From: Sphaerodactylus townsendi
Lineage: Eukaryota
NCBI RefSeq assembly: GCF_021028975.2
Contig: NC_059439.1
Span: 32,860,001-32,924,000, forward strand
Reading direction: 5' to 3'
DNA length: 64,000 bases
The notes beneath the pieces were generated by a model. That model was given only the letters and a program-made list of their open reading frames with translations. It had not been told where the DNA came from and did not search any database. A program made the position numbers and the translations under genes. Positions 1 to 14,428 of the stretch are shown piece after piece; position 1 is the first letter of the stretch; each line of letters opens with the position of its first letter.

Positions 1-624
1 CCTAGAGAAAACTCTATGACAGTAGCTCCCGCTGAGGTCCCTTCCCACCCAGGCTCCAGGAATTCCCCAGACAGGAGTTGGCAGCCATCATGCTAGAATA
101 CCTGCCCCCCCTCTCCTGCATCCACCCCTGCTGCTCCTTCGCCAGTCATGAATGCATGAAGCTGCTTCATGCAGAGTCACATGCCTGATCCATCTTCCTC
201 ACAGTGTCTACAATGACTGGACATGTCCTATTACCCCTTCAGTACTGAGACTCCAGGCTATCATGAACACAAGTGATCCAGTTGCCAACTTTAGGTCAGG
301 AAATTCCTGGATACTTGAAGGTGGAGCCAGGGGGGAGGGAAGGGATTTCACTGAGTTATAATGCACATGGATCCCCCCCACCACACCCAAAGCAGCCATT
401 TTTCTCCAGGGGAAATAATATCTATATTCTAGATATCTCCAGGCTTTACCTGGAGATTGGCAACCCTATGGTATCCTAGTTGTTTCTTCCCAGCCCCACC
501 CAAATCCTGTGTGACTCTTTGCTGCCTCCCATACTGTATAAATCTATATATCTACTGTACAGACATTCGCACTCAGTTCCCTGCTGGTGCAACCCCTTTG
601 GAAATGGGACACGCTTGAGCCGAA

Positions 625-770
625 ACTCACCCACCCTGGCTCTTAATTTTTCTTCTAAGAAAAAGGAGACTGCTAGGAGGATCCTTGTTGATCGACCTTC
701 ATCTTCCCGGGTTCCTGTTATATAAGGCTGGCCAGCGCTTCGTGGTGATGAGGCTTGGGGGGGGGGGTTG
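625..770 (-). promoter_or_regulatory. Candidate TATA promoter and short first exon of a gene lying left of the window
   Basis: ttatataa at 718-725 and minus-strand GG|GTGAGT donor at 630-625; spacing resembles the RNase first exons. Confidence 0.3.
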
Positions 771-3700
771 TCGGAAGAAGTTTCAGCCCTCTAAGTTCCC
801 TCTTTAGTAATCCAGCATGTAGCAACTTTCTGGTAGAGCGTTGCCAGGTTGAAGTGTGGCACAGGGTGGGCTGACTAACATCTAGCGAAAGAAGAACGTT
901 CAGCGCTTGATCTGAAAGAGAGGGTTGCCAACTCAGAATGGATAATTCCCAGAGATTTGAGAGTGGAACTTGGGAGGGGGGAAATCTGGGGAGGAGTTTC
1001 ACCTGGAATCTATGGTATTCCATGGAGTCCACCTTCCCAAGATGCCATTCCTGTTTACCCAGGCCTTTAGTGGTTGAATCCCCAGGATCCTGTCACTGAT
1101 GCCAGCCGCAGGGTGGGGATTTTTAATGGGGTTTTAACTGATTTTAGGTATTGTTTTAGCTATGTTTTTCTTCTGATTTTAACTTTGTGTTTTAACGGGG
1201 GGCCTTTCCCTACTTACCTTAAGCCCCGCGCTACTCTTCTCAAGTAGCGCGGGGTCCCCAGTCACCTCTATGACAGGAGGTGGCGACAAGCCGCCCAGCC
1301 ATACGGCTACGCTGCCACTGTCAGCGCTCAGCTGCATCCCTGGCGCTTGAGAAAACGGGCGCCTTTGATGACCCTACCCGAAGCGATGTCAGGGATGCCG
1401 CGGTAATTGAGAGCAGCGCGCAGCACAGGGGGGATCATGGAGAGTGGGGAAACGCCCGGGGTTTCATCCCCATTTGTTGGCTGCCCTGAGACTATGGTAT
1501 AGGGCAGGATGTAAATTGCAGAAATAAAAATAAATAAATAAATGTTCTCCAAGGGAACTCTTTAGTCTGAAGATCTAGGAGATCCCAAGTCTCTTTTGGA
1601 GGTTGGGAGTCCTACTTAAATATCAGGGCCAAGACTTCCCTTAGACACAAGCCCTCAGAACCTGAAATGAGATCTGTATGCTTTATTTTGGTTGTGCAGA
1701 AAGGGTCACTGAGACTTTTTAACTGGATCTGCTATCACCGTGCTTGTACACCCAAGGTGATGGAATATTTACCTGAAAGGAACACAAGACAACACATATT
1801 TTCACATGGGTGCTGGCAAGAAAAAGAGGGGGCCACCTTAAACTGGCATATAAGTTACAATTCTATATAGTATTTTTTTAATACAATCTTGGCAAAGCAA
1901 AACTTTTCGTGAGGGGGGGGTCATTCCGCGACATTCAGGGTCATCCTCCTCTTTACGAGTTAAAGACAAATTCTTTTGTTTTGGCAAAATAGCACAAGAA
2001 GTAGTGACATGAAGCTAATCTGAGGCTCTTAAAGGCAGAATGCTGTTCTTGGCGAGTCATCTGGCTGTGGGGTCCCCAAAATATCAAGGTTGTAGCTGGA
2101 AACTTCCCCCAGAGGTTGTGTTACAATCCCTGTGGGCTAATTCTTTCATTTTCCTGACCATCCTCTTGAGCAAATCCTCTGAGCTGCTCTTGCAACTTTC
2201 TCTTGTTATGTATCCAAACCACCAACTGACTCTGGTTGGGACACACAAATAGTTTGGAAAATTAGGCATTACAACAGGTGTAGTTCCTCTTCTGTTAGAC
2301 CTTCGGCCAACTGCTTTTGAGGTTTAGGCTCCAATGGCATCAGATCAAGAAGGTCCTTAATTTCTTCTAGCATCAACAGCCCCCGAAGCTCTTATGCTTG
2401 AAAAATAGCTCACAAAGGCAATCTCAGAGCTTGGTTTAGAGGGCTTTTGAAGCAGGCCTTCTTGTTGAAGCTAACCAGGGCTCTGCCTAGAAAGTTGTTG
2501 GGGAATTCCCGCCCTCATTTACTGCCAACTTCAGTGAGGGATCTCCTGGAAGCCCGAGGGCATCTGCCTTCAGATCCATGAGGGAAGAAAGATGGACAAT
2601 AAATGAATATAAATAGTGTAAGAGAGCAGAGTTGGGCAAGGCTACGAGCCGCTGTGGGAAAGAATTCATTGGGGTACTTGATAAAAGGACAGATATATTG
2701 GTGGTGCTGAACAGAAGCATCTGAAAGATTGATTATGTGGTACCAGCACACCTCGAGGGAGAGAAAACTGTAAACCACGGGCCCCCACAAAACATTACAT
2801 TTATGAATCAGTGATATGGACTAGAGCGGAAATCTCAGTTCCCCCCTTGCCATGGAAGCTGGCTGGGTGACCTTGTGCAAGTCACACACCTACCTCACCT
2901 ACCTATCCAAACAGCAGCTTAGAAGCTCCTTTCCCTTCCTCTCCCCACAACAGACACCTTGTGAGGTGGGTGGAGAGAGTTCTGAGAGAACTGTGACTAG
3001 CCCAGGGGTCTACAACCTGCAGCTCTCCAGATGTTCTTGGACTACAAATCCCATCAGCCCCTGCCAGCATGGTCATGGGAATTGTAGTCCATGAACACCT
3101 GATGGGAATTGTAGTCCATGAACACCTGGAGAGTCATAGTTGCAGACCCCTGGACTAGTGCAAGGTCACCCAGCAGGAATGTAGGAGTGCAGGAAACACA
3201 TCTGGTTCACCAGATAAGCCTCCACCATTCAGGTGGAGGAGTGGGGAATCAAACCCAGTTCTTCAGATTAGAATCCACCTGCTCTGAACTACTACACCAT
3301 GCGGGGAGTTGTGGAGAAACAAGCAAGGCAGTGGCCGGTGGGCAAAATGGTGAATCAGCTCAGCTCGGGACACTTGGCAGCAGGGTAATATGGTGAGGAC
3401 AGAAAACCACGGGGAAACCCCACTGCGACGAAGAGATCTATGGGGGTAACCACTGCATGCATAATAGGTCTACCCTATCCAACTGGCCTTCCCTCTTGCT
3501 GTCTCCTTAAGGGTCTTTTTCTCTTCCTTTTTGTACACCAAACCTTTCCTTTTCCAACACTTTGGGTCAATTTCCAGTTGCTTGGACCTTCTGTCATCGA
3601 GGAATATATGCAGCTCCGTTTGCCTCGCTAAATGATCAAATGAAACGGCTTCCTTTTGGTTTGGGTTTTTAATCAAGAGAATAACTTCCAATAAAGGGCA

Positions 3701-5700
3701 TGCTGTTTCCAGGGTACGATTGCAAAATTCCAAATAAATATACACAGCACGCATATTTGTATAAGAAAAAGGAGGGTCGTATTTTTGAAGTGGGTGTTTC
3801 AAATCTGCATGGGTTGAAAGGGCAGAAAGGAATCTGGAAAGCTGAAATGGACTTTATATTAAAACCAATTTGAAAACAATCTGTAGGTTTCTGCCTGGCA
3901 ACTAGTGAGGCGTGTTTTTGCAAACTTTTCATTGGCTCAAAAAGCATAGCTCAAGAAGCAAAAGAAAACTTCAACATCCAGATCTGACGATATCTAACTG
4001 TTTCTTGGCACTAGAAAAGGTGGGTTTCTCTTGATCCCTTTATTATTGTTGCTTTGTTATTGCTCCTTTGTTATTGTTGCTTTTCCTGGCTATCTGGGAG
4101 AGATTTTTTCTTCTTTCTTCTATTCTCCTTTGTGATTATTTTTCAGTAACAGAGGAAACAACCTTTTCCTTTCCTGACACACCCAGTTGACTTTCTGTCC
4201 CAACAGTAACCAAAACAGATTGACTGCCTCAATGCAAGATCATATAAACGTTAGACTTTCAGGGAGTTTCCAGGCAGAAAGGAGAGACAAACAGCGTAAA
4301 TAAAACCCAGATGGCACCTCTTTGCCATGTTAGCAGAAGTGCAGAGTAGGGAGTTGAAGATTTGCAGAAAGTTGTGGAGACGTTTCAAGGCACAATGCTG
4401 GATTTATCACTTCCTCGTCGTTATGGCGGGACTATGATAAAGGGATAGCTGCAGGGACCAGTCCATAATTTGTAACCTTAAGACCTCTTTTCAAGATCCC
4501 AGACTTCCTGTATAGCACCAAGAACACAGTGTTCTTTGACTTAAAGGCAAACCAGATGAGTAACAGGGAACAGATTTCCAGCATGTTTCTTTTTTAAATT
4601 ACTGAATAGCTTCACAGAAAGAGAATTCAAACTGGCTCTGAGATGGCCTGCCTACCTACCTACCTAGAAGAAGAAGAGTTTGGATTTATATCCCCCCTTT
4701 CTCTCCTGCAGGAGACTCAAAGGGGCTCACAATCTCCTTGCCCTTCCCCCCTCACAACAAACACCCTGTGAGGTAGGTGGGGCTGAGAGAGCTCCGGAGA
4801 ACTGTGACTAGCCCAAGGTCACCCAGCTGGCATGTGTGGGAGTGTACAGGCTAATCTGAATTCCCCAGATAAGCCTCCACAACTCAGGCAGCAGAACTGG
4901 GAATCAAACCCTGTTCCTCCAGATTAGATGCACGAGCTCTTAACCNNNNNNNNNNNNNNNNNNNNNNNNNNNNNNNNNNNNNNNNNNNNNNNNNNNNNNN
5001 NNNNNNNNNNNNNNNNNNNNNNNNNNNNNNNNNNNNNNNNNNNNNNNNNNNNNNNNNNNNNNNNNNNNNNNNNNNNNNNNNNNNNNNNNNNNNNNNNNNN
5101 NNNNNNNNNNNNNNGTTGAGAAAATGGTATGCTTCCACATTAGAAAACAGCCCTGAACAAATATGAGAATTGCCATTCATTTTTACACGCTCCCTTTGTC
5201 AAAACCATTATTTTGTGCATTATTGAACATGCTACTTTGACACAAGAGCACTTATTGTTCATTGAAGGACTATCGTCAAACTTTCCAGTGGATGTGGTTG
5301 GGGGAGGGAGCAGGGCCTTAGGACCCGGGCGGAGCATTCTACCACAAAGAAGGTCCGGCATTTTGAGTTCCGTGGCAGAGGAATCTACGAACATCTTTTT
5401 TTTTTAATGAGACAGGATATATCTACCTATCATTTACTTCGTTTATACCCTGCCTTTCTCCCCAGTGGAAATCCAAAGCAGTTTGTGTCGCTCCTCCATT
5501 TTATACACACAACTGCAACCCCTGTGATGTAGGTTTCGGTGGAGAGTGTGTGTCTGGCTCCAAATCACACAGCAAGCTTCCATGAAGTAGTGGGGATTTG
5601 AACTTAGGTCTCATTGACAGGGATGGAGTGAGGGAGAACTGTGCCTGGGGCCCCCGCCCTGCCACACCCCCACTCACCCTGCCCTAGAACCCCCCACACA

Positions 5701-6083
5701 CAGTGGTGGGATCCAAAACTTTTAGTAACAGGTTCCTATGGTGGTGGGATTTAAACAGTGGCGTAGCGCCAATGGGACTGGGTGGGGCACAACGGGGCCG
5801 TGACCGGGCATTCCGGGCAAGCATTGCTGGGTGGGCTGTGACAGACTCCAGCCGCTGCTCGTCCTTGTGGAAAACGAATGCACGCAGGCGCAGGCTGCCA
5901 CGCATGCCGGTGCACCTCCTGCTAGACTGCTTCAAGTTCTGCGCGCTACTGCTGAGAGGAGGGGCGTAACTAAGGCAAAAATCACGTGGCAAAATCACCC
6001 ATTAGTAACCCCCTCTCAGCACACACAAATAATTAGTAACCTACTCTCGGGAACCTGTGAGAACCTGCTGAATCCCACCTCTG
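5701..6083 (+). mobile_element. hAT MITE family A
   Basis: Termini cagtggtgggatcc / aatcccacctctg; closely similar to 7463-7838. Confidence 0.75.
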
Positions 6084-6698
6084 CCCTGGTGCGTCGTTCA
6101 CCTTCCCCCTTGATGCTATGTCACTGCTCATAGACCTTAGTCTAGTATCCTAGATGCTATACCACACTGGTTATTATCTCTCCCACCACAACTGATTGGA
6201 CCTTGCACCCCATACTCACCCCCCCTCCCCACACACTGATATTTAGCCATAAAAAAGCATGCTCAGTTTGCACGTCTTCCATGAGTATTGCAGGCCCTCT
6301 TCTGTTGGTGACATAGAAGAAGAACAGGAGTAGTTAGTAGTAGTTTGGATTTATATCCCCCCTTTCTCTCCTGTCAGAGACTCAAGGGGGCTGACAATCT
6401 CCTTTCTCTTCCCCCGCCCCCCACAACAAACACCCTTTGAGGTGGGTGGGACTGAAAGAGCTCCAAAGAACTGTGACTAGTCCAAGATCACCCAGCTGGT
6501 ATGTGTTGGAGCACACAGGCTAATCTGGTTCCCCAGTTAAGCCTCCGCAGCTCAAGTGGCAGAGCGGAGAATCAAACCCAGTTCTCCAGATTAGAGAGCA
6601 CCTGCTCTTAACCACTGCGCCACTGCTACTCCTTAATAGAGGTATTATAGAGGTATTAACGCCCTGCTCTTTGTGCTTTCCTGTTAGCAGAGGACAGG

Positions 6699-7145
6699 AT
6701 GAGGCCGTCAGAAGGCGCCTGCTGCTTCCTGCTGCTGTTGCTGGTGGCCGAATTGCTGCCCGGATCATCCGGCGGCAACAATCCCCGCTACGAGAAATTC
6801 CTGAGCCAGCACCGGGACGACCCCAGGAGCAGCTTCCACGGGCGCTACTGTGACAGCCTGATGCGCAGCCGGGGCCTCACCAAGCCCGAGTGCAAGGAAG
6901 TGAACACCTTTATCCACGGGTCCAAAAGGCAGATCCGGGCAGTGTGCGACCAAGAGGGGGTTCCCGACGGGGAGCTGCGGCGCAGCCTGCGACCCTTCCG
7001 GGTTACGACCTGCACCCACAGGGGTGGCTCAGTCCGCCCGCCCTGCGAGTACAAAGAGAACACCTCGCCCAGGTACATCGTCATTGGCTGTGAAAACGGC
7101 TGGCCTGTCCACTATGATGAGAGCCAAATCGTGACCACGGTCTGA
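6699..7145 (+). CDS. RNase A superfamily protein R1, angiogenin/RNase-like, 148 aa with signal peptide
   Basis: Hydrophobic leader; FLSQH (His12); CKEVNTF signature (Lys41); PVHYD (His119/Asp121); 6 Cys in the mature chain as in non-mammalian RNases; acceptor ttcctgttagcag just upstream; AATAAA at 7368. Confidence 0.95.
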   Translation: MRPSEGACCFLLLLLVAELLPGSSGGNNPRYEKFLSQHRDDPRSSFHGRYCDSLMRSRGLTKPECKEVNTFIHGSKRQIRAVCDQEGVPDGELRRSLRPFRVTTCTHRGGSVRPPCEYKENTSPRYIVIGCENGWPVHYDESQIVTTV

Positions 7146-7462
7146 AGCCGAGGAGAAGCAACGTGAGGCTGAAGCTGGTGGTGCTCCCTCCTTGAGTCAG
7201 TCAACGTCGCCGGGTTTATTTCGAGCCTTTCTTGGTATCTATGGATGCTTTTCCTCACTGAGGTTCCTTGTAAGCCTTCCTCTTATCTTGTTTTGCTATC
7301 GGAACCTGTTAGCTGTCTTTCACACTTGTGAGGAGAAGGCTGTGTAACCTGTAGAAATCATAAACATAATAAAACGAGCCCAGTAGCAGCTTGGCGGCTA
7401 GCAAGGTTGACACCTTTCGAGAATCAATGCTCCATTTGTTGGATATCTGATGGAGTTTTGAC

Positions 7463-7838
7463 CAGTGGTGGGATCCAAAAATTTTAGTAACAGGTTCCCA
7501 TGGTGGTGGGATTCAAACTGTGGCGTAGCGCCAATGGGGCGGGGCGGGGCACAACGGGGGCGTGCCAGGGCATTCCTGGGTGGGACTGTGGCAAGGACGC
7601 AGCCGCTGCGCCGGTCCTTGGGCGGGAAACGAATGCACGCAGGCGCAGGCTGCCACGCACGCCAGTGCACCTCCTGCTAGACTGCTTCAAGTTCTGCACG
7701 CTACTGCTGAGAGGAGGGGCGCAACTAAGGCAAAAATCACGTGGCAAAATCACCAATTAGTCACCCCCTCTCGGCACACACAAATAATTAGTAACCTACT
7801 CTCGGGAACCTGTGAGAACCTGCTGGATCCCACCTCTG
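7463..7838 (+). mobile_element. hAT MITE family A
   Basis: TIRs and 8-bp TSD gttttgac. Confidence 0.85.
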
Positions 7839-8392
7839 GTTTTGACTGTCAAAAATTCGTACCACGAGAATCTTGTTTGTTTCTAGGGTGCTACGGGGCT
7901 CCCATCTAGTTGTTCTAAAGAGAATCTCATTCTAAGGAGAATCTGAGGAGAATCCCTCAGTACTCGTTTTCCACAAATGATAGTGGTTTTTTTTTTGGGG
8001 GGGGGGGGTTGAGTTCCGTGCAGACCTCTCCATTATAACGTTTTCCCCACACTCCTTAACTCCTTAAAATTTGGCATGTGTGAAATCACTCCAACATTAA
8101 TAATAGTTTTGTAGCATTGGCAACTCCAGGTTGGGAGATTCTTGGTGATCTAGGAAGCCATACCTGGGGCACGGAGGGTTGGGGAGGAACATATTATGCC
8201 ATAATATCCACTCTCCATTTTCTCCATGTCTCTGATCTTTGTAATCTGGAAGTGAGGAACTCTGGGAGATCTCCAAGCCTGACCTGGAGGTTGGCAACCA
8301 TCATTTTCAAATTGTCCTCAGTGCAGAGCTGAGTGACAGTTGACCACAAATACAGAATTCAGAAAAACAACTAGGAGCAATATAGAACCAGG

Positions 8393-8913
8393 CAGAGGTG
8401 GGATCCAGCAGGTTCTCACCAGTTCCCGAGAGTGGGTTACTAATTATTTGTGTGTGCGGAGAGGGGGTTACTAATTGGGTCCGCTTTCCCATCTCCACGC
8501 CCTCGCCTCCCCGAGAGGCATCCTGCCTTTGAACGTGAAGGTTCCCTATAGCAATTGCAACTAATAATGCAACTCCCTGAACTGGGTTAATCCCTTTCAG
8601 GTACTGCAATTCATTGATTCTCAGCCTTTCGTGCCTTTTATCTCACCAGTCTCTATCAAAGAACCTGTGTGTTTCACCATTGCTGTGTTCAGATTTGTGA
8701 GTTGGGGCATTTTCTATAATGTGATGATGATTTAGAAATGACCTGGTGCAAAAAAATTTGGGGGGGTCGTGGTGGGGTGGCTGCCCATGGGGGGGGGGCA
8801 TCCAACTCAGGTTTTGCCCAGGGCTCAGGTTTGCCTAGGTACGCCTCTGCCCCCTTTGCTGAGGAGGGGCTGGCGAGGGAACCTGTTACTAAAATTTTTG
8901 GATCCCACCACTG
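8393..8913 (-). mobile_element. hAT MITE family A, long variant
   Basis: Near-identical to 57466-57978. Confidence 0.8.
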
Positions 8914-9883
8914 GCACCAGCCCAATTCTCAAATGTGCAACAGCACCCCCCAACTCGTAGGAACGGTTATATAGCCATTACACTACATGGATTTTTCCAA
9001 GCCAAGGGATATCAAAATAACAATTGAGTGCATATAATCCTTGTCAATGAAATGTGTCAATTTTCATTCAAATACTTAATTCCGTGATTTGTAACTGTTT
9101 TGTATGGCTCGGTCACTTTCTTACGTGCTTTCTTGATTTCACTAAATTCAATCAGCAAGGTTTGTTTTGTGTCGTTCTCTTAATAGCGCTGCTCTAGTTT
9201 TCTATTTTAATCGACTTTTCGTTGACTTTTTAAATTGCCGATAAACGTTCACTTGTAGCAGAAGTGAAATTTGAACTCGAGGGTTCCAGGTGTTCAATCG
9301 CCTATCCAACACAGCCACTCTCTGGAGATGGGAAAAGAGACTCCACTCAGCCTGGATTGAGGGATTTTTATTTTATGTCCCCAATTCTTGTTGAGATTGA
9401 AAAAAAAAACCCAATTCGAAAGTACGTTGCTACATCTTCCAAGGTACAAGGCCGTTAGATTTCAAAAAAGGTCCTGAGCTGTTTCTCCACAGGGTCCCGG
9501 GATAACTGACAGGAAACCAGCCTTTGCTCAAGTTGAAGGGATGGTGGAAGGGGTGAAGACATCTCCTAATTTCTGAGAAAGGCTTCAAAAAGTGGGCAAC
9601 GGAAGCTGAGTCTTGTGGTTTGTATCACTGGGATGAAGGGGTGATTTAAAACAATATGGAGCCACCAACAGCCTCGTGAAGTGTCAGGGCACACAAACAG
9701 CCCTGCAGAAGAATTTGCCTAAAGCCTTGCGGAAGAATTCGCACTCTGTCTCCAAGCAGAGCCCCTGTGGTGTTGTAGTCGCCGCTTTGAGGTATCTGCC
9801 ACGTCCCCGCTCAGCGTGAAGGCCACTGGGTAGGGCTCAAGACTGCAACCACAGCTTGTCAACCAATAGAGGTGACCATAGCC

Positions 9884-10389
9884 CAGTGGGGGCGAACCTA
9901 TGGCACGGGTGCCAGAGGTGGCACTCAGAGCCCTCTCTGTGGGCACGCACAAACAGAGTCCCCCCCCCTCCCCGCATCTAGGCTGGCCTGGGCTGCTGGG
10001 CTCGATTATTAGCATTAAAACAAATTTTGGGGAAGCAGTGTAGGTAACCCTGTTAAGTGCTGCTAAACCCCACGGATTTTCATGTGAAGAACTTAAGCGT
10101 GATCCTTTACCTGGGAGTAAGCTCGGCTGCTGGTAATGGGGCCTGCTTCTGAGTAAACCCTCCTAGGGTCGTGATTCACCCGTTAGAAGAGTTGCACGGT
10201 TGCTTCAAAGCAAAGCCACCAACTACCACCAAGCTTACTCCCGAGTAACGCACGCCTCGGAGCCAACCATTTTTTCTAAATGAAAACCTCAGTGTTCAGG
10301 TTAAATTGCCGTGTTGGCATTTTGTGATAAATAAGTGGGTTTTGGGTTGCAATTTGGGCACTCGGTCTCGAAAAGGTTCGCCATCATTG
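9884..10389 (+). mobile_element. hAT MITE family B
   Basis: TIR cagtg..ggcgaacc; TSD ccatagcc; empty site at about 18380. Confidence 0.85.
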
Positions 10390-12279
10390 CCATAGCCTGA
10401 GCTGAGCGAAAGGGAACTCCATCCTCTCTAGAATACATGTAGGTCCCAGCCAGGATTTTCCCCCCAAAGACATCCTTTAATATTTGCAAAAAGCAGTTTC
10501 CATTGAATGGATGAGAAATGGTTGGCTACATATTATGGAAGTTTCTGGTTGATCGAAGAAAGACCAGCCACAGGAGGGGGTGGTCTCCCAAATTGGTCGC
10601 CAAACTACGACCCCCTGACTACTGCGCCCAGCTTGGGGAGGGTTGCCCTGTTTACAGGCACTATCCAGAGGATCCTGAGGTGGTCCTGAAAGACCAAATG
10701 TCCCTCTTCGGTCACCTTGGCTGTGAGTGTGGCAGGTTGCTGAGGAGAGGAAGATGGCTACTCATTGCAAGCAAGTACAAATTTATCATCAGGAGCAAAA
10801 GTGGCATAGTGGTTAAGAGCAGGTGCATTCTAATCTGGAGGAACAGGGTTTGATTCCCCGCTCTGCCGCTTGAGCTGTGGAGGCTTATCTGGGGAATTCA
10901 GATTAGCCTGTGCAGTCCCACACACACCAGCTGGGTGACGTTGGGCTAGTCACAGCTTCTTGGAGCTCTCTCAGCCCCACCCACCTCACAGGGTGTTTGT
11001 TGTGAGGGGGGAAGGGCAAGGAGATTGTAAGCCCCTTTGAGTCTCCTACAGGAGAGAANNNNNNNNNNNNNNNNNNNNNNNNNNNNNNNNNNNNNNNNNN
11101 NNNNNNNNNNNNNNNNNNNNNNNNNNNNNNNNNNNNNNNNNNNNNNNNNNNNNNNNNNNNNNNNNNNNNNNNNNNNNNNNNNNNNNNNNNNNNNNNNNNN
11201 NNNNNNNNNNNNNNNNNNNNNNACACTCATTGTAAACTGAACACACATACCCTCCCTGCTTACAGATTAACTTTTATTAGATGCAGCTAGGGTTAGGGTT
11301 AGATCTTTTGCCCACTGTTGATTCAAAAAACCCAAATGGATTTCCTCAGGCGGTGTAACAAATTAAGGAATATAGGACCATTTGAAAGGTTAACAAATAA
11401 GATTAGATTTATTCAGAGGGAGGAAAAGAAAGATGCCTTTAAGATGATTTGGAAAAAGTTTTATGATTTGTTTAATGGAACTTTGAGAGCATAGCTTGTT
11501 AAAGAGTTTTCTTTAACAGTCTCAGGGGCTTAGATGAAAATTCTGAATAAGGTAATAAATAGTCATATCAGATGACGGATGGACAGACAGAAAGACAGAC
11601 AGACAGATAGATTTTGCATCTTATTTGGCCATCTTGGCCATCTTAGAGGGAAGTACATAGACACACCTTTTCTTCTTCTCCCTATTTTTGCTTGGTGAGG
11701 TTTTTTTTCATTATCATAACTTGATGGTGTCATCTTTTATATTGGACATGAGGTTACTATACGGTTCTTTTCTTTGTTTTGTTCAGTGGTTACATTTTGT
11801 TTCTATATGTGTATAATAATTTGTAAAACAACAAATAATCTGTAAAAGTTTCTAAACATGGAGCTAGTCTTTCTCATTGAGTGGCACCAAGAAATCACAG
11901 ACACAACTTGTGAGGAATCCTGGACCAGGGAATGAAATCTGGCCACAGCCTGATGAAATGGGGCTACGACAATTCAAACCGGACCTGGTCAAGTCACCTG
12001 CCAATAGCCATGGTGGATCTTGTCCAGCCGCGTTCCCCATCATCACCTGAACAAGACCCTGAAGCTGAAACACATCCAGGTCAAGATACCTTTGTGAGTT
12101 CGGTCCCAACCTCTCACAAGCAAGTTCTTCATTCTTGTCCTGGACTCCCTCCCAGTTAAGAGGTTTGGGGCAAGATACCATTTCTCAACTTAACTTTTTT
12201 TGAAGTGCAGGAAGTAAATGTCTGTTATTTCAGGGGATCAAGTAGCCATCGGAGAAAATCTCTGTGGAAACCTTCATCC

Positions 12280-12478
12280 CCCCAATTGCGCCATTCTTTC
12301 GCATTCCCGATGTGGCAAGTAGCTGAATGTTCCTCCTTTTTCGACCCTGCCCCTGAACCGACGGAGATCTATATAACAACTCAGAGGGCAGGTAGAGGGA
12401 GAGCCCTTGGTGTGCAAAACCCATCCTTCAGCATCTGCAGGTGTTCATTGAATCAGGCAAGACCAACTGTGGGTAAGT
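12280..12478 (+). promoter_or_regulatory. Promoter and non-coding exon 1 of R2
   Basis: ctatataa at about 12369, G|GTAAGT donor at 12473; homologous module upstream of six other paralogs; matches the canonical two-exon RNase A gene structure. Confidence 0.75.
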
Positions 12479-13104
12479 CAGAGGAGCCAACGATCTGGGC
12501 TTGAATTCTCCTATATGAAACTGCTTCAAGAAGAGACCCTAATTTCAGAGATCGGGGGTGGGTGGGTACCAGGGGCAGGGTCTTTGCAGTGGTGGCACAA
12601 ACACTTCTACCAACACTTCTGAATGGTTGGTAGACCAGTCCTCTGGATAGCTGGTTACCCATGAGTGAAAGTAATGGTAGACCTGGCCACTAGAGAGCTG
12701 GTTCCAAGACCTGTCCATTGGGGGGTGCAATTTCAGGGCTTGCCCTTGGGGCTGTTTTCTGTAGATATGCACCTGTGGGAAGGGAGAGGCCTCAGCATGG
12801 TATAATGTCGTAGAGTTCACCATCCAAAGCTGCAGTTTTCTGTAGGGCAGCTGTTCTCTGTAGTCTGGAGAGCAGGTGCAAATCCAGCCAGTTGTATTAC
12901 CTGGAAGCTGGCAAACTTACACTGGATTGTACCACTTTGTGCTGCAAGTGGAGGTGGAGGCTTTCAATGGAAACCCCCATGCATGTAGCAGAATAGCACC
13001 TCCAAAGAAAAGAGGTAGGTTAAGCTCTGCCTAGCCCTGTGCCTGGAGCTTTTTAATGTTAGGGGTTATTCAGGAAATAAGGCAACATGCCTACACCCTC
13101 CACT

Positions 13105-13908
13105 TGCAATTTCTGGGATGTTCCTGAAGGGGGTGCATTTTTTGATGTATCAACACCAAAATGTCAGGGCATCATCTGGAAACTGTCCTGTTGGGACACC
13201 CCCCCCCAAGTTTGCTGCAGTTTGGTTTAGGGGGTCCAAAGTTATGGACCCTCAAAGGCGGTGCCCCATCTTTGCTAAGGAGATGGGGGCTACCCTTTTG
13301 AGGGTCCATAGCTTTGGCCCCCCTGAACCAAACTGCACCAAACCTTGGGGGTGCCATCATGACCGTCTCCAGATGGTACCCTGAAATGTTGGTGCTGATA
13401 TGTCCAAGAATGCCCTCCCTGCAAGAACATCCCGAAATTTGCCCAAGAATCTTTGTTCTGCATTGAGTTTTCTGCATTGCTGTCAATGGGGGTTGCAGGC
13501 TGGGGGGGGGGACATTTCTGAAGGCACAGTCTCAAAGCTTTCGGGGTCTCATAAGGAGACTGCCCTGATGATACCCCCCAGGTTTGGTGCAGTTTGGTTC
13601 AGGGGAGCCAAAGTTATGGACCCTCAAAACTGTAGCCCCCATCTTCTATTAGCTCCCATTGGAAACAATGGGGGTAGGGGCACCCCCTTTTGGAGTCCAT
13701 AACTTTGGACTCCCCGAACCAAACCTCACCAAACTTGGGGGGCAGCATAAGGACGGTCTCCTGATGATACGCTGAAAACTGCGCCCCCTGCAGGCCAAAA
13801 ATGGAAAACCACTAAAAATACCCAAAAACGAACCCAGCATTTTGATGCCCACCACAAGGTGATGCCCTGGGCAGCTGCCCACCTTGCCCAATGGGCATTA
13901 TGCCAGTG
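13105..13908. mobile_element. DNA-transposon-like repeat with reiterated internal inverted subunits
   Basis: Repeated aaagttatggaccctcaaa / gagggtccatagcttt motifs. Confidence 0.45.
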
Positions 13909-14428
13909 TGGGTGACCTTGGATTAGTCACACACTCTCAGCCTAACCTACCCCAAAGGGTTGTTTTGAATATGAACTGGAGAACAGGAGAATGATATAAG
14001 CAGCCTTGGGTACCCGCTGGGAAGAAAAAACAGGGTATCAATTAAAAAAAAGAAAAGAAAGAAAAATTAAAAGAATAAATATGAATAGTAAATAAATACT
14101 AGTGTTGTGCAGGGGGTTAAGAATGCTGGACTTGTATCTGGAACCCATGGGTTCGAGTCCCAATGCAAGCCAAGGCGGCTGACTGGTTGACCTTGGGTCA
14201 CTCACAATATCTCAGCCTGGCCCACTCCACAGGGTTGTTGTGAGGACGAGATATGCTGCGTTAGGCCCCCATTGGGAGTAAAGGCAGGGTATGAATGACT
14301 GATATAAAATAATGATCAATGGTGGTTTCTGCACAGCACAGTTATAAGGCATGTAATACGTTATTAATGCCCCCGTTTTCCCCTGTTTGCCTTTGTACTG
14401 GAGATTTCACCCCTGCAGGAAGTGAGTG

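Noticed and set aside
1900-4250. Purine-rich minus-strand ORF fragments (e.g. 3470-3802) suggesting a decayed gene or element
   Set aside because: Multiple stops and no motif I can recognise; needs tBLASTx
11288-11302. Telomere-like tagggttagggttag
   Set aside because: Only about two units; compatible with chance
13105-13908. Regularly recurring motifs resembling a repeat-spacer array
   Set aside because: Eukaryotic transposon-internal inverted subrepeats, not CRISPR
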